Shown piece by piece: positions 50,229 through 58,373 of a stretch of 60,388 nt of DNA (position 1 is the stretch's first letter; every line of letters starts with the position of its first letter). Origin of the DNA: an uncultured Candidatus Saccharibacteria bacterium (GTDB lineage: Bacteria; Patescibacteriota; Minisyncoccia; Phycocordibacterales; Phycocordibacteraceae); the NCBI GenBank assembly GCA_964446735.1, contig CAYUQB010000003.1, forward strand, positions 40,897 to 101,284, given 5' to 3'. Under the pieces are notes generated by a model. That model was not told where the DNA came from, did not search any database, and worked only from the letters and a program-made list of their open reading frames with translations. A program made the position numbers and the translations under genes.

Positions 50229-52760
50229 TTATCCGATGAGCTTCAGTGCCCGGGTGACTGCAACCTTCGCGGCAGTGGTGCCTGCAGTGTAGCTCGAGTC
50301 TACAGCAGTCGAGAGGGTCTCGATGAGCTTCTCGAGGAAGTTCGGCGCGCAGTTCTCACAAACCTTGGCGATTTCAGGGTGAACGGGAGCACCCTCTGTC
50401 TTTGCTCGATATGCGTCATCAAGGGCGAACACCGCGTGGGTGAGGAATTCTTGCGCGTCTTCGCCTGCCTTCGTGACGTCACGGAGCTTTGCGAAGACTG
50501 CATCCTTATCACCAGCGAACATCGCAGCGAGGAATGCCGGCACATCCGATGGCGTTGCGGTAGGTTCCGTGCGAGCTGAGGCCACTGGAGCCGCGACGGT
50601 TCGAACCGACTGAGGGATCGGGGGGAGCAGGTGCGAATCATCTGCGGCACTCGAGAGGCCCTTCACAATGTCCTCGATGGTGAGCGGTTCCTCGGCACTC
50701 TTAGCCTTGAAGGCCTCGTAGGTTGAAGTAGGTGCTGCATGTGCGACTGGCGCAGCGACGCTCTCTACCACAGGACGAGGTGCAGGGGCATGGATCGGAG
50801 CAGGCGCATGAACTGCATGTGTCTGCGCTTCTGTGAGAATGCCGACCTTGCGAAGTGCGAACGGTAGCGCGCCACCAAGGATCACGTACGCGACCGCAAG
50901 GCTCCACAGGACGAGCATGAGCCAGTAGAGCATGGTGCCCCCAGGTCCAAGATCAAGACCGGTGTACGGGAGATCCGAGAGCGCTACGTATGTGAGCGGT
51001 TGTGCACTCACGAGTGGAAGCGAGTCGAGCACGACTTCACGGTCTTCGTTTCGCACACGAAGCGTTGCAGAGCAGCGGATGGTGTCCCCGTTATCGCCAT
51101 AGAAGGTGCCTTCGTATTCGTAGGTACCTGGCCGGTTAGGCGAGACGCTACGAGAGCCGGACGGGCTTACCGAACCGATGCCCTCGTTGATGCGCACGCG
51201 GTATACGTTGTCGCTATCCCACGTGAGACGTGCTGTGTCACCCTCATCGATACGTGAAGGGGAAACCCGCATCGTACACGACGGTCCTGGTTCAGAGCGC
51301 GTCGATACATGTACCGCACAGGTGACGGTGCCGCCGGGGCCACTTGCCGTACCTACGTAGGTGCGCGAGCCGCCTGGATAGACCGTACGGGAGCCGGAGA
51401 GTGGTACTGAGCCAACGCCTTGATCGATGTGGAAGGAGGTCGCATTAGACGAACTCCACGAGAGCGTCACCGGATCGCCTGGGCGAATGTTAGTCGGGCT
51501 CACTGAGAGCGTACAGCTCGGGAGTACTGGCGTAACGATCGGTACAACAACAACGGTCGCTGAACAATTCACGGGAGTACCGTTTGTTCCAGTCGCCGTG
51601 AGTGTATAGGTCGTAGTGACTGACGGTGCCACTACTCTACTCCCTGACGTTGGTACGGATCCGATACCGTGATTTATAACGACATTGTTTGCGTTATGTG
51701 TCGTCCAGGAGAGCGTTGCTGCCGATCCTTGGGAAATAGTCGTCGGAGTGACCGAGAGCGTACACGCAGGCTGCTGCGGAGTCGGTGGAATTACCGTCAC
51801 TGTTGCGCTACACGTCACCGTGCCGCCAGGACCCGTTGCCGTAAGGACATACGTGGTGGTGCCACTTGGCTGCACCACGGTCTCACCGACACCTGGATAG
51901 GCGCCGAGACCATGGTTGAGCGTTACGGTCGTTGCATTCTGGGTAGTCCAGCGCAGAAGTGCGGTCTGACCCTGATGGATGGTTGAAGGTGAGACGGTGA
52001 GCGTACACGCAGGCTGCTGCTGAGGCACCTGAACCGTGACGGTGGCATAACAATTAACCGTACCGCCGGGGCCGGTTGCGGTCAGAGTATAGGTGGTGGT
52101 TTGATTGGGCACGACGGTGCGTGAACCACTCGTCGATACGCTTCCGATTCCGTTATTAATCGAGACGCTGGTCGCGTTGTTAGTCGTCCACGAGAGAACC
52201 GAAGCACTTCCCTGCTGAATGTTCGTCGGATGAGCCGAGAGCGTACATGCAGGCTGAGACGGAGGCTGGGGTACCTGAACGACAATCGTTGCGCGGCAGT
52301 AGATAGCGGTGCCATCCGGCAAACTAAATGCCTTCAGGGTGTAGGTAGTGGTCTGACTTGGTGAGACCGTGATCGCTCCATTGGCATCGATACCACCGAT
52401 GCCGTGATCGATCTCGGCATAGGACGAATTTGTGATGTGCCAAGAAAGCGTGGCGCTCCCTCCCTGCTGAATCGTTGTGGGATTAATTGAAAGTGAACAC
52501 GTACCCACAGGCTGCGGCTCCTCTTGAGGAGGAGGCGGAACGACCGGAGGCGGTGGAGGTGGCGGGGGCGGAGGAGGCGGTGGAGGTGGCGGGGGCGGAG
52601 CGCAGCATGGGGGCGCAACGAGTGCATGCGCCTCTGACGGCGTAACCATACCGGTCGCAAACGCGAGGCCAACGCCAAGCGTAAAGACGGTAAGTACGGC
52701 GATCAGACCGATAAGGATCGGCCGTTCTTTCGTTGCTTCAATTGATGCAGTCATGCTCAT
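50229..52760 (-). CDS. Surface protein: signal peptide, poly-Pro, six Ig/PKD-like repeats, internal LPYTG-TM, cytoplasmic domain
   Basis: AHA signal site; six ~82-aa C-TL.V.P...L.W...G.V...G...V.P..TTTY.LTA.G.GG...C repeats; LPYTG at 50972-50958 then TM and RK. Confidence 0.85.
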   Translation of the reverse strand: MSMTASIEATKERPILIGLIAVLTVFTLGVGLAFATGMVTPSEAHALVAPPCCAPPPPPPPPPPPPPPPPPPVVPPPPQEEPQPVGTCSLSINPTTIQQGGSATLSWHITNSSYAEIDHGIGGIDANGAITVSPSQTTTYTLKAFSLPDGTAIYCRATIVVQVPQPPSQPACTLSAHPTNIQQGSASVLSWTTNNATSVSINNGIGSVSTSGSRTVVPNQTTTYTLTATGPGGTVNCYATVTVQVPQQQPACTLTVSPSTIHQGQTALLRWTTQNATTVTLNHGLGAYPGVGETVVQPSGTTTYVLTATGPGGTVTCSATVTVIPPTPQQPACTLSVTPTTISQGSAATLSWTTHNANNVVINHGIGSVPTSGSRVVAPSVTTTYTLTATGTNGTPVNCSATVVVVPIVTPVLPSCTLSVSPTNIRPGDPVTLSWSSSNATSFHIDQGVGSVPLSGSRTVYPGGSRTYVGTASGPGGTVTCAVHVSTRSEPGPSCTMRVSPSRIDEGDTARLTWDSDNVYRVRINEGIGSVSPSGSRSVSPNRPGTYEYEGTFYGDNGDTIRCSATLRVRNEDREVVLDSLPLVSAQPLTYVALSDLPYTGLDLGPGGTMLYWLMLVLWSLAVAYVILGGALPFALRKVGILTEAQTHAVHAPAPIHAPAPRPVVESVAAPVAHAAPTSTYEAFKAKSAEEPLTIEDIVKGLSSAADDSHLLPPIPQSVRTVAAPVASARTEPTATPSDVPAFLAAMFAGDKDAVFAKLRDVTKAGEDAQEFLTHAVFALDDAYRAKTEGAPVHPEIAKVCENCAPNFLEKLIETLSTAVDSSYTAGTTAAKVAVTRALKLIG
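52546..52599 (-). repeat. Two 27-bp tandem copies encoding a Pro17 run
   Basis: GGAGGCGGTGGAGGTGGCGGGGGCGGA x2 on the plus strand. Confidence 0.8.
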
Positions 52761-52881
52761 ACGTTCGTTCTGAATGCTGATAATAAAACTGATAAGAAAT
52801 ATGCCCCAGCCGCAGTATGCGGCGTATGAAAAAGGGGAGGTCGGGCGGGAGGAATGGCAGCTGCCACCCTCCCGCTCTTCC

Positions 52882-54072
52882 CTACTCGTCCCAGAGGTAC
52901 AGGTATCCTGGGCCTTGCACCCGGGTGCCGGGCGGCAGTTCGGACGCTTTGTACGCGACGCGTGCGACCTGTTGACCGCTCGAAAGCTTGACGTAGTCAT
53001 CGCTGGTCGCGATGGCGACATACGAGGTCTTCCACTCACCGGTCACCGGATCGATGTACTCGATGCAGATGCCGAGGCCGGAGGCCGGGTTCGCGGAGTT
53101 CTTCCGCGAAACTCGAATGGCCCACTGGCCGGGCGTGAGGTCCGGGATGGACGCTTCGGCGGTGCGTGTACGTGGCCTTGCGACCGCGTCAGCACCTTCG
53201 AAACTGCACTCCCACCGATACCGGATGCAGCCGGCGGCCATGGCCTTCGACGTCGAGATCTCACGAATGCTCGTGCCGGTGTCCTCCACCCGCACGTACC
53301 CATGACACACCGAGTCGGTGAGCGGGCCGTAGCCAGGGATGTGAGCGATGCTCTCACCCTGCCGGCGGATCGGGAACAGGACATAGTCGCACGGAATGCC
53401 CGCCTTCCGACCCGCCAGGTTGAAGCAGACGTCCGGGAGGATGGCTTCGTACATGACGCCATCGATCTCTTTCGTCCACTTACAGGCCGGCGCGGTGATG
53501 CGCATGTTGGCCGGCTGGACGAAGTCGACCAGGACATTGCGCCACAGACCCGAGGGCCCGGTGCGCATGAAGTCCAGTCGATCGTCCTTGGAAAGCTCGA
53601 TGCGTTCGCAGTTTTCGCTGCGCATCGTCGTCGCCATACTAGCGGCGGCTGCGGCAGGCCAGCCAGCACGGATGAAGTCCCGCTCGGCGTGAGCAAGCGC
53701 TTCTTCCTTCGTGGCGTACGCCCGGTCGCGATTGTAGTACTGCCACCGAGCGATACCGTCGCTGCGATGGGCGACCGGCCGCTTAGCGGCAGGTTTTGCT
53801 GCGGCTGGCTTGGCTTTCGGTTCCGCCGCAGGCGTAGCAGATGCCGGAGGCGGTGTTGCCGCCTTCGGATCGGGCTTCGGACGCGGAGCCGACTTGCAGT
53901 CGGCACGCGCCCTGCCACCGGTCGTAGAAAGCGCCCAGGCAGTCGCGCCGTCAGGCGTGGTGCATCTGGCCTCGTTCCTTCCCGGAGGCGCTTTAGCAGC
54001 TTCCGCGGCGAACGTCGGCGTTGCAAGGCTGGTCGTGCCAAGCAGCGCCAGGGTGATGAGATAGCTCCTCAT
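52882..54072 (-). CDS. Secreted Cys-rich hypothetical protein, 396 aa (orphan unit)
   Basis: Signal peptide MRSYLITLALLGTTSLATPTFA, Pro/Ala/Lys linker, about ten Cys; SD AGGGGAG; hairpin after the stop. Confidence 0.7.
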   Translation of the reverse strand: MRSYLITLALLGTTSLATPTFAAEAAKAPPGRNEARCTTPDGATAWALSTTGGRARADCKSAPRPKPDPKAATPPPASATPAAEPKAKPAAAKPAAKRPVAHRSDGIARWQYYNRDRAYATKEEALAHAERDFIRAGWPAAAAASMATTMRSENCERIELSKDDRLDFMRTGPSGLWRNVLVDFVQPANMRITAPACKWTKEIDGVMYEAILPDVCFNLAGRKAGIPCDYVLFPIRRQGESIAHIPGYGPLTDSVCHGYVRVEDTGTSIREISTSKAMAAGCIRYRWECSFEGADAVARPRTRTAEASIPDLTPGQWAIRVSRKNSANPASGLGICIEYIDPVTGEWKTSYVAIATSDDYVKLSSGQQVARVAYKASELPPGTRVQGPGYLYLWDE

Positions 54073-54205
54073 CGTAGGTGTCTCCCCTATTGCGCCGCCC
54101 GCACGGGCGGCATTGATTAAAGGAACAAACATCCCCTCTCCGCGTCCGCGGGAGAGGAATTTCTTCCTACTCCTGCGGGTTGCAAAGAGTTATCCAATCT
54201 CGAAC

Positions 54206-54856
54206 TTAGTTCGAGATTGGATAACTCTCGACAAGACGTGCGATGACCACAAACCGATCCGACTTTGTCTTGAAAGAATCACAGGTGACAAGCGTAAGCT
54301 TGCTTCCTTCCACCTGAAGCGGAATGGCATCGCGACTCGCGCTTGCGCTCGCTACCGTCTCCACTTCATACACATAGGTCCGATCACCTCCAGTGACGAT
54401 GATCTCATCACCTTTAGCAAGTGTCTGAATACCATCAAAGGTCTTATATGCCGGGTTCCGTACTACGGGCAGATAGCTTGAGTGACCAAACAAGACAACA
54501 TTCTGGCCGCGACCACCGAGCGTACCTGATGTCGGGTAGCGTACTGCGCCGTACAGCAGATCGCGATCAAGAACATCTGCATCCGTCGTTGTCGGGTTGG
54601 ACACTGTCGCGGTAAGTGAAATCTTTGGGATCTCAATCTTTTCCGGAAGTGCAGTGCCCCGTGTTGTTGACGGCGCACCGTCGGTAGGAGTTACCGGACC
54701 ACTTACGAATGTTCCGTTCGGAAGCAGGTCGAGGCCGGCGAGCACCATGACACTTACCCCAAAGACAATGAACGCGACCGCGATCAATGTGAGTGCGGGA
54801 ATGCGACGTTTGGCACCATGAAATACGGTGGAATTTCCTTGATTGCGTGCGGACAT
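54206..54856 (-). CDS. Sortase
   Basis: N-terminal TM; catalytic triad LFGHSS, TLVTC, SDR. Confidence 0.9.
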   Translation of the reverse strand: MSARNQGNSTVFHGAKRRIPALTLIAVAFIVFGVSVMVLAGLDLLPNGTFVSGPVTPTDGAPSTTRGTALPEKIEIPKISLTATVSNPTTTDADVLDRDLLYGAVRYPTSGTLGGRGQNVVLFGHSSYLPVVRNPAYKTFDGIQTLAKGDEIIVTGGDRTYVYEVETVASASASRDAIPLQVEGSKLTLVTCDSFKTKSDRFVVIARLVESYPISN

Positions 54857-54865
54857 AGTCTTGGT

Positions 54866-54953
54866 GATAAATACACTATAAACCAGTGATTGTCAAGTTT
54901 TTGACCATTTCTCGGGCGAGTGGAATATTTGACAAAGCATGGGCATTATGGTA
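54866..54953. promoter_or_regulatory. Divergent TTGACA promoters for the sortase and the CARDB protein
   Basis: Minus TTGACA-17-TATTAT; plus TTGACA-17-TAATAA. Confidence 0.65.
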
Positions 54954-54965
54954 ATAAACCTCCAT

Positions 54966-56105
54966 ATGGAGACTACTCATGGGACCTCCGGAACCACGAC
55001 CCGCCGCGCTGCAGTCGGCGGCCTTGCCGTGGTCGGATTTGTCGCACTCATCCTCATCGGTATCGCAACCGCCATTTATGCCGCATCATTCATTCCAAAG
55101 GCACTCTCGCGCCTCGGATCTGCAAATGTGTACCTCTCAACGTTGGGCGGAGGTAACGAAAACGGACTTGAAGTTGCTGATCCACAGAACCCGAACGATT
55201 ACGGCGCAGCTCCAACGTCTGTCCCTCTCTCCCCTGCTACCACTACGGCTCCTGCACCCACGCAGCCGACGACATACACTCCGCCTGCACGGACTCCGAC
55301 CTACACCCAGCCAACCTATACGGTGGTACCGACCACTCCTTCCTACTACGGACTGCCTGATCTCGTAACCACCATTGATTCGGTTGGCTATCTTCGTCGT
55401 AGCGGAGACACCAATTCCTACGTCGCGGATGACCGCGTTCCATCTGGATACCAGGGAGCAGTGCGCTTCACGGTCGCAAACCGCGGCACAGATGTGAGTG
55501 ATTCGTGGACATTCTCGGCACGCCTGCCAAGCGATAGTGATTCAACGTATCGCTCCGGTACTCAGCGCGCGCTTAAGCCGGGAGATCGCATTGTGTTCAC
55601 GCTCGGGTTTGACAGCTCGGACGATGGTCGCGAAACGATCCGCATTGAGGCGGACCAGAACGATCGCATCAACGAATCGAACGAGAGTAACAACGAGGAC
55701 ACCGCTTCCATCTACCTCAATGGCAGTTCTTCGCGTAATTCAGATCGCGACTACGATAGTAACGGACGATATTGTCAGTACGGCACATACTACTCAAACG
55801 GACGCTACTATTGCGAAAACAACAGCAACACTTCGAACCGTGACTACGATAGTAATGGTAACTACTGCCGCTACGGTACCTACTACTCTAATGGTCGCTA
55901 CTACTGCGAATCATCCTCAAGTTCTAGCAATCAGTACTACGACAGCAACGGACGCTACTGCACCTATGGCACGTATTATTCCAATGGTCGCTACTACTGT
56001 GAGAGCGCGTACGGCCGAGATCGAGACGACGATGAGTACGATAGCAACGGCAGGTACTGCCAGTACGGCACGTACTACTCAAACGGACGTTACTACTGCA
56101 ATTAA
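54966..56105 (+). CDS. Membrane-anchored CARDB (Ig-like) protein with C-terminal Tyr/Cys repeats
   Basis: N-terminal TM, Pro/Thr linker, LPDLVTTI...FTVANRG...IEADQNDRINESNESNN (CARDB). Confidence 0.8.
   Translation: METTHGTSGTTTRRAAVGGLAVVGFVALILIGIATAIYAASFIPKALSRLGSANVYLSTLGGGNENGLEVADPQNPNDYGAAPTSVPLSPATTTAPAPTQPTTYTPPARTPTYTQPTYTVVPTTPSYYGLPDLVTTIDSVGYLRRSGDTNSYVADDRVPSGYQGAVRFTVANRGTDVSDSWTFSARLPSDSDSTYRSGTQRALKPGDRIVFTLGFDSSDDGRETIRIEADQNDRINESNESNNEDTASIYLNGSSSRNSDRDYDSNGRYCQYGTYYSNGRYYCENNSNTSNRDYDSNGNYCRYGTYYSNGRYYCESSSSSSNQYYDSNGRYCTYGTYYSNGRYYCESAYGRDRDDDEYDSNGRYCQYGTYYSNGRYYCN
55749..56102 (+). repeat. Four copies of YDSNGRYCxYGTYYSNGRYYC
   Basis: Near-identical ~21-aa units with Ser/Asn or Asp spacers, also visible at DNA level. 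Confidence 0.9.
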
Positions 56106-56160
56106 ATTGGTAAGGAGCACAGCTCTCCCGTAGTGATATACGCGAAGGGATGAAGCATTC

Positions 56161-56195
56161 ATGAAAGGACCTCCCTACTCGGGAGGTCCTTTCAT
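56161..56195. terminator. Bidirectional terminator between the CARDB gene and gyrB
   Basis: ATGAAAGGACCTCCC-TACTC-GGGAGGTCCTTTCAT. Confidence 0.8.
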
Positions 56196-56213
56196 TTAGC
56201 CACGCTACGCTTA

Positions 56214-58289
56214 TTAGACGTCGAGATTCGCAAGCTTTGCGTTGCTTTGGATGAAGCTCTTACGGCTTGCAACATCGGTACCCATGAGTACATCAAAGAT
56301 ACGATCTGCTTCTGCAGCGTCCTCCACCGTGACGCGCTTAAGCACCCGACGATTGGGATCCATGGTGGTCTCCCACAGTTCTGACGGATTCATTTCACCC
56401 AAACCTTTGTATCGCTGGATACTCACCTTGCCTGACTTCTTGGTTGCTACGGCTTCCTCTGCAGCCACTTCGCCCTCCTCCTCTGGCTCGCCTTCGTCAC
56501 TATCAATTGCAACTTCTTCATTACCGACTATCTTCTCTTTTTCTTCGTCGGTGTATGCATAGAAGATTTCCTTGCCCTTCTTGATCTTATAGAGAGGCGG
56601 CTGTGCAATGTAGATGTACCCGCCATCGATGATGGGACGGAAATGGCGGAAGAGGAGCGTCAGTAGAAGGGTGCGGATGTGAGCTCCGTCCACGTCAGCG
56701 TCGGTCGCAATGATGACCTTGTGATAGCGGAGCTTGCTTAGATCAAAGACGTCGCCGATAGCCGTACCAAGAGCAATGACCAGGTTCTTGATCTGTTCTG
56801 ACGCAAGCATCTTATCCAGGCGTGCGCGCTCAATGTTCAAGATCTTGCCTCGAAGCGGCAGGATGGCTTGCATACGACGATCACGGCCGGTCTTCGCGGA
56901 GCCTCCTGCCGAATCACCCTCCACGATGAAGAGTTCTGATTCCTCTGCCGATTTACTCTGGCAGTCAGCAAGCTTTCCTGGAAGCGTCATGCCCTCGAGC
57001 GCCCCCTTACGAAGCACCGAATCCTTCGCGGCCTTTGCAGCTTTGCGTGCCTTAAGGGCCAAGAGGACTTTGTTTACAATCGCACGCGCATCATCCGGAT
57101 TCTCTTCAAGGAAGGCAGCGAGTGCGGTACCAAAGACCGTTGCGACTGCGCCTTGCGCTTCAACGCTTCCCAGTTTTCCTTTGGTCTGACCTTCGAATTG
57201 AATCTCCGGCATTTTTACTGAAATAACAGCTGTAATGCCTTCGAGTGCATCGTCACCGGTAAAGTTTTCTTCGCTTTCTTTCAGGATGCCTGCAGAGCGC
57301 CCATATGAATTCAGCGTACGGGTAAGAGCGGTCTTGAAACCAGTCACGTGCGTACCGTGCTCAGGATTGTAAATATTGTTCGCGAAGGCAAGGAGACGAG
57401 GCGTCAGGTCATCGACATACTGCAGAGCAATTTCAACCGCTACCTCCCCTTCCTGTTGATCGACATAAAATATGTTCTTGTGTACCGGTGTTTGATGCTT
57501 GTTATAGAACCCAATGAGAGAACGAAGGCCGCCTTCAAAGAAGAAGCCCATCGAAGGTACTTCAAGTGAAAGCTCACGGAGATAGAAAACGCTATCAGCC
57601 TCGACTGCCGCTATACCGCGCGCATCGATGACGGTGATGCGAGTCCCCTTCACCAGGTACGCCTGCTGGCGCAGGTGCGACACGATTTTCTCCCAGTTCC
57701 AAGCGATACCGTCTTTAAAGATGGATTCATCGGGACGGAAAGACACGATAGAACCATGAAGTGGGCTCTTGCCGATTTGTTTCACTTTCGCCTTGGCCTT
57801 TCCAATCTCATACTCCTGCATGTGAATGCCACCATCTTTGTGCACCAGCACCTTGGTGTGCGTGGAGAGTGCATTGACTACTGAAGCACCGACACCGTGA
57901 AGACCGCCCGAGACTTTGTAGCCGGAATCCTCACCACCGAACTTTCCTCCCGCATGAAGCGTGGTCATGATAGTTTCGAGCGCCGATACTTTGGTCTTAG
58001 GATGTATTCCTACCGGAATACCTCGACCATTGTCTGCCACACGCACGTACCCGTCCGGAAGAAGCGCAACTTCAATATCATCGGCGAATCCACCCATTGC
58101 TTCATCGCGTGAGTTATCAAAAATCTCCCAGATAAGATGGTGGAGACCATCGGGACCAGTTGTGCCGATGTACATGCCTGGACGCTTACGGACCGGTTCA
58201 AGACCCTCGAGAACAGTGATCGAGGAGGCATCGTAATCGCCGCCTTTGGGGGCGGCCTTTTTAGTCATTGCAGCCTCTTTTTTAGCCAT
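56214..58289 (-). CDS. gyrB: DNA gyrase subunit B
   Basis: EGLEPVRKRPGMYIG, DNGRGIP, GGLHGVG, VEGDSAGGS, IATDADVDG, RYKGLGEMN. Confidence 0.97.
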   Translation of the reverse strand: MAKKEAAMTKKAAPKGGDYDASSITVLEGLEPVRKRPGMYIGTTGPDGLHHLIWEIFDNSRDEAMGGFADDIEVALLPDGYVRVADNGRGIPVGIHPKTKVSALETIMTTLHAGGKFGGEDSGYKVSGGLHGVGASVVNALSTHTKVLVHKDGGIHMQEYEIGKAKAKVKQIGKSPLHGSIVSFRPDESIFKDGIAWNWEKIVSHLRQQAYLVKGTRITVIDARGIAAVEADSVFYLRELSLEVPSMGFFFEGGLRSLIGFYNKHQTPVHKNIFYVDQQEGEVAVEIALQYVDDLTPRLLAFANNIYNPEHGTHVTGFKTALTRTLNSYGRSAGILKESEENFTGDDALEGITAVISVKMPEIQFEGQTKGKLGSVEAQGAVATVFGTALAAFLEENPDDARAIVNKVLLALKARKAAKAAKDSVLRKGALEGMTLPGKLADCQSKSAEESELFIVEGDSAGGSAKTGRDRRMQAILPLRGKILNIERARLDKMLASEQIKNLVIALGTAIGDVFDLSKLRYHKVIIATDADVDGAHIRTLLLTLLFRHFRPIIDGGYIYIAQPPLYKIKKGKEIFYAYTDEEKEKIVGNEEVAIDSDEGEPEEEGEVAAEEAVATKKSGKVSIQRYKGLGEMNPSELWETTMDPNRRVLKRVTVEDAAEADRIFDVLMGTDVASRKSFIQSNAKLANLDV

Positions 58290-58373
58290 ATTTCGTTAGC
58301 TAAGTATAGCATATTTCTGGCATGCAGGCACCGAAAAATCAGGAGCTGCTTGGAGCCCGTGATGTATCAGGGA

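Noticed and set aside
52761-53039. 93-aa extension of the Ig-repeat protein
   Set aside because: It overlaps the neighbouring gene and its terminator; the signal peptide begins at 52760
52774-54120. 448-aa plus-strand ORF, and likewise 2191-3180
   Set aside because: Shadows of GC-rich minus-strand genes that have an SD, a signal peptide or TM, and a terminator
55749-56102. CRISPR array or diversity-generating retroelement repeats
   Set aside because: The repeats are in-frame coding units differing mostly at synonymous sites; no cas or reverse transcriptase in the window
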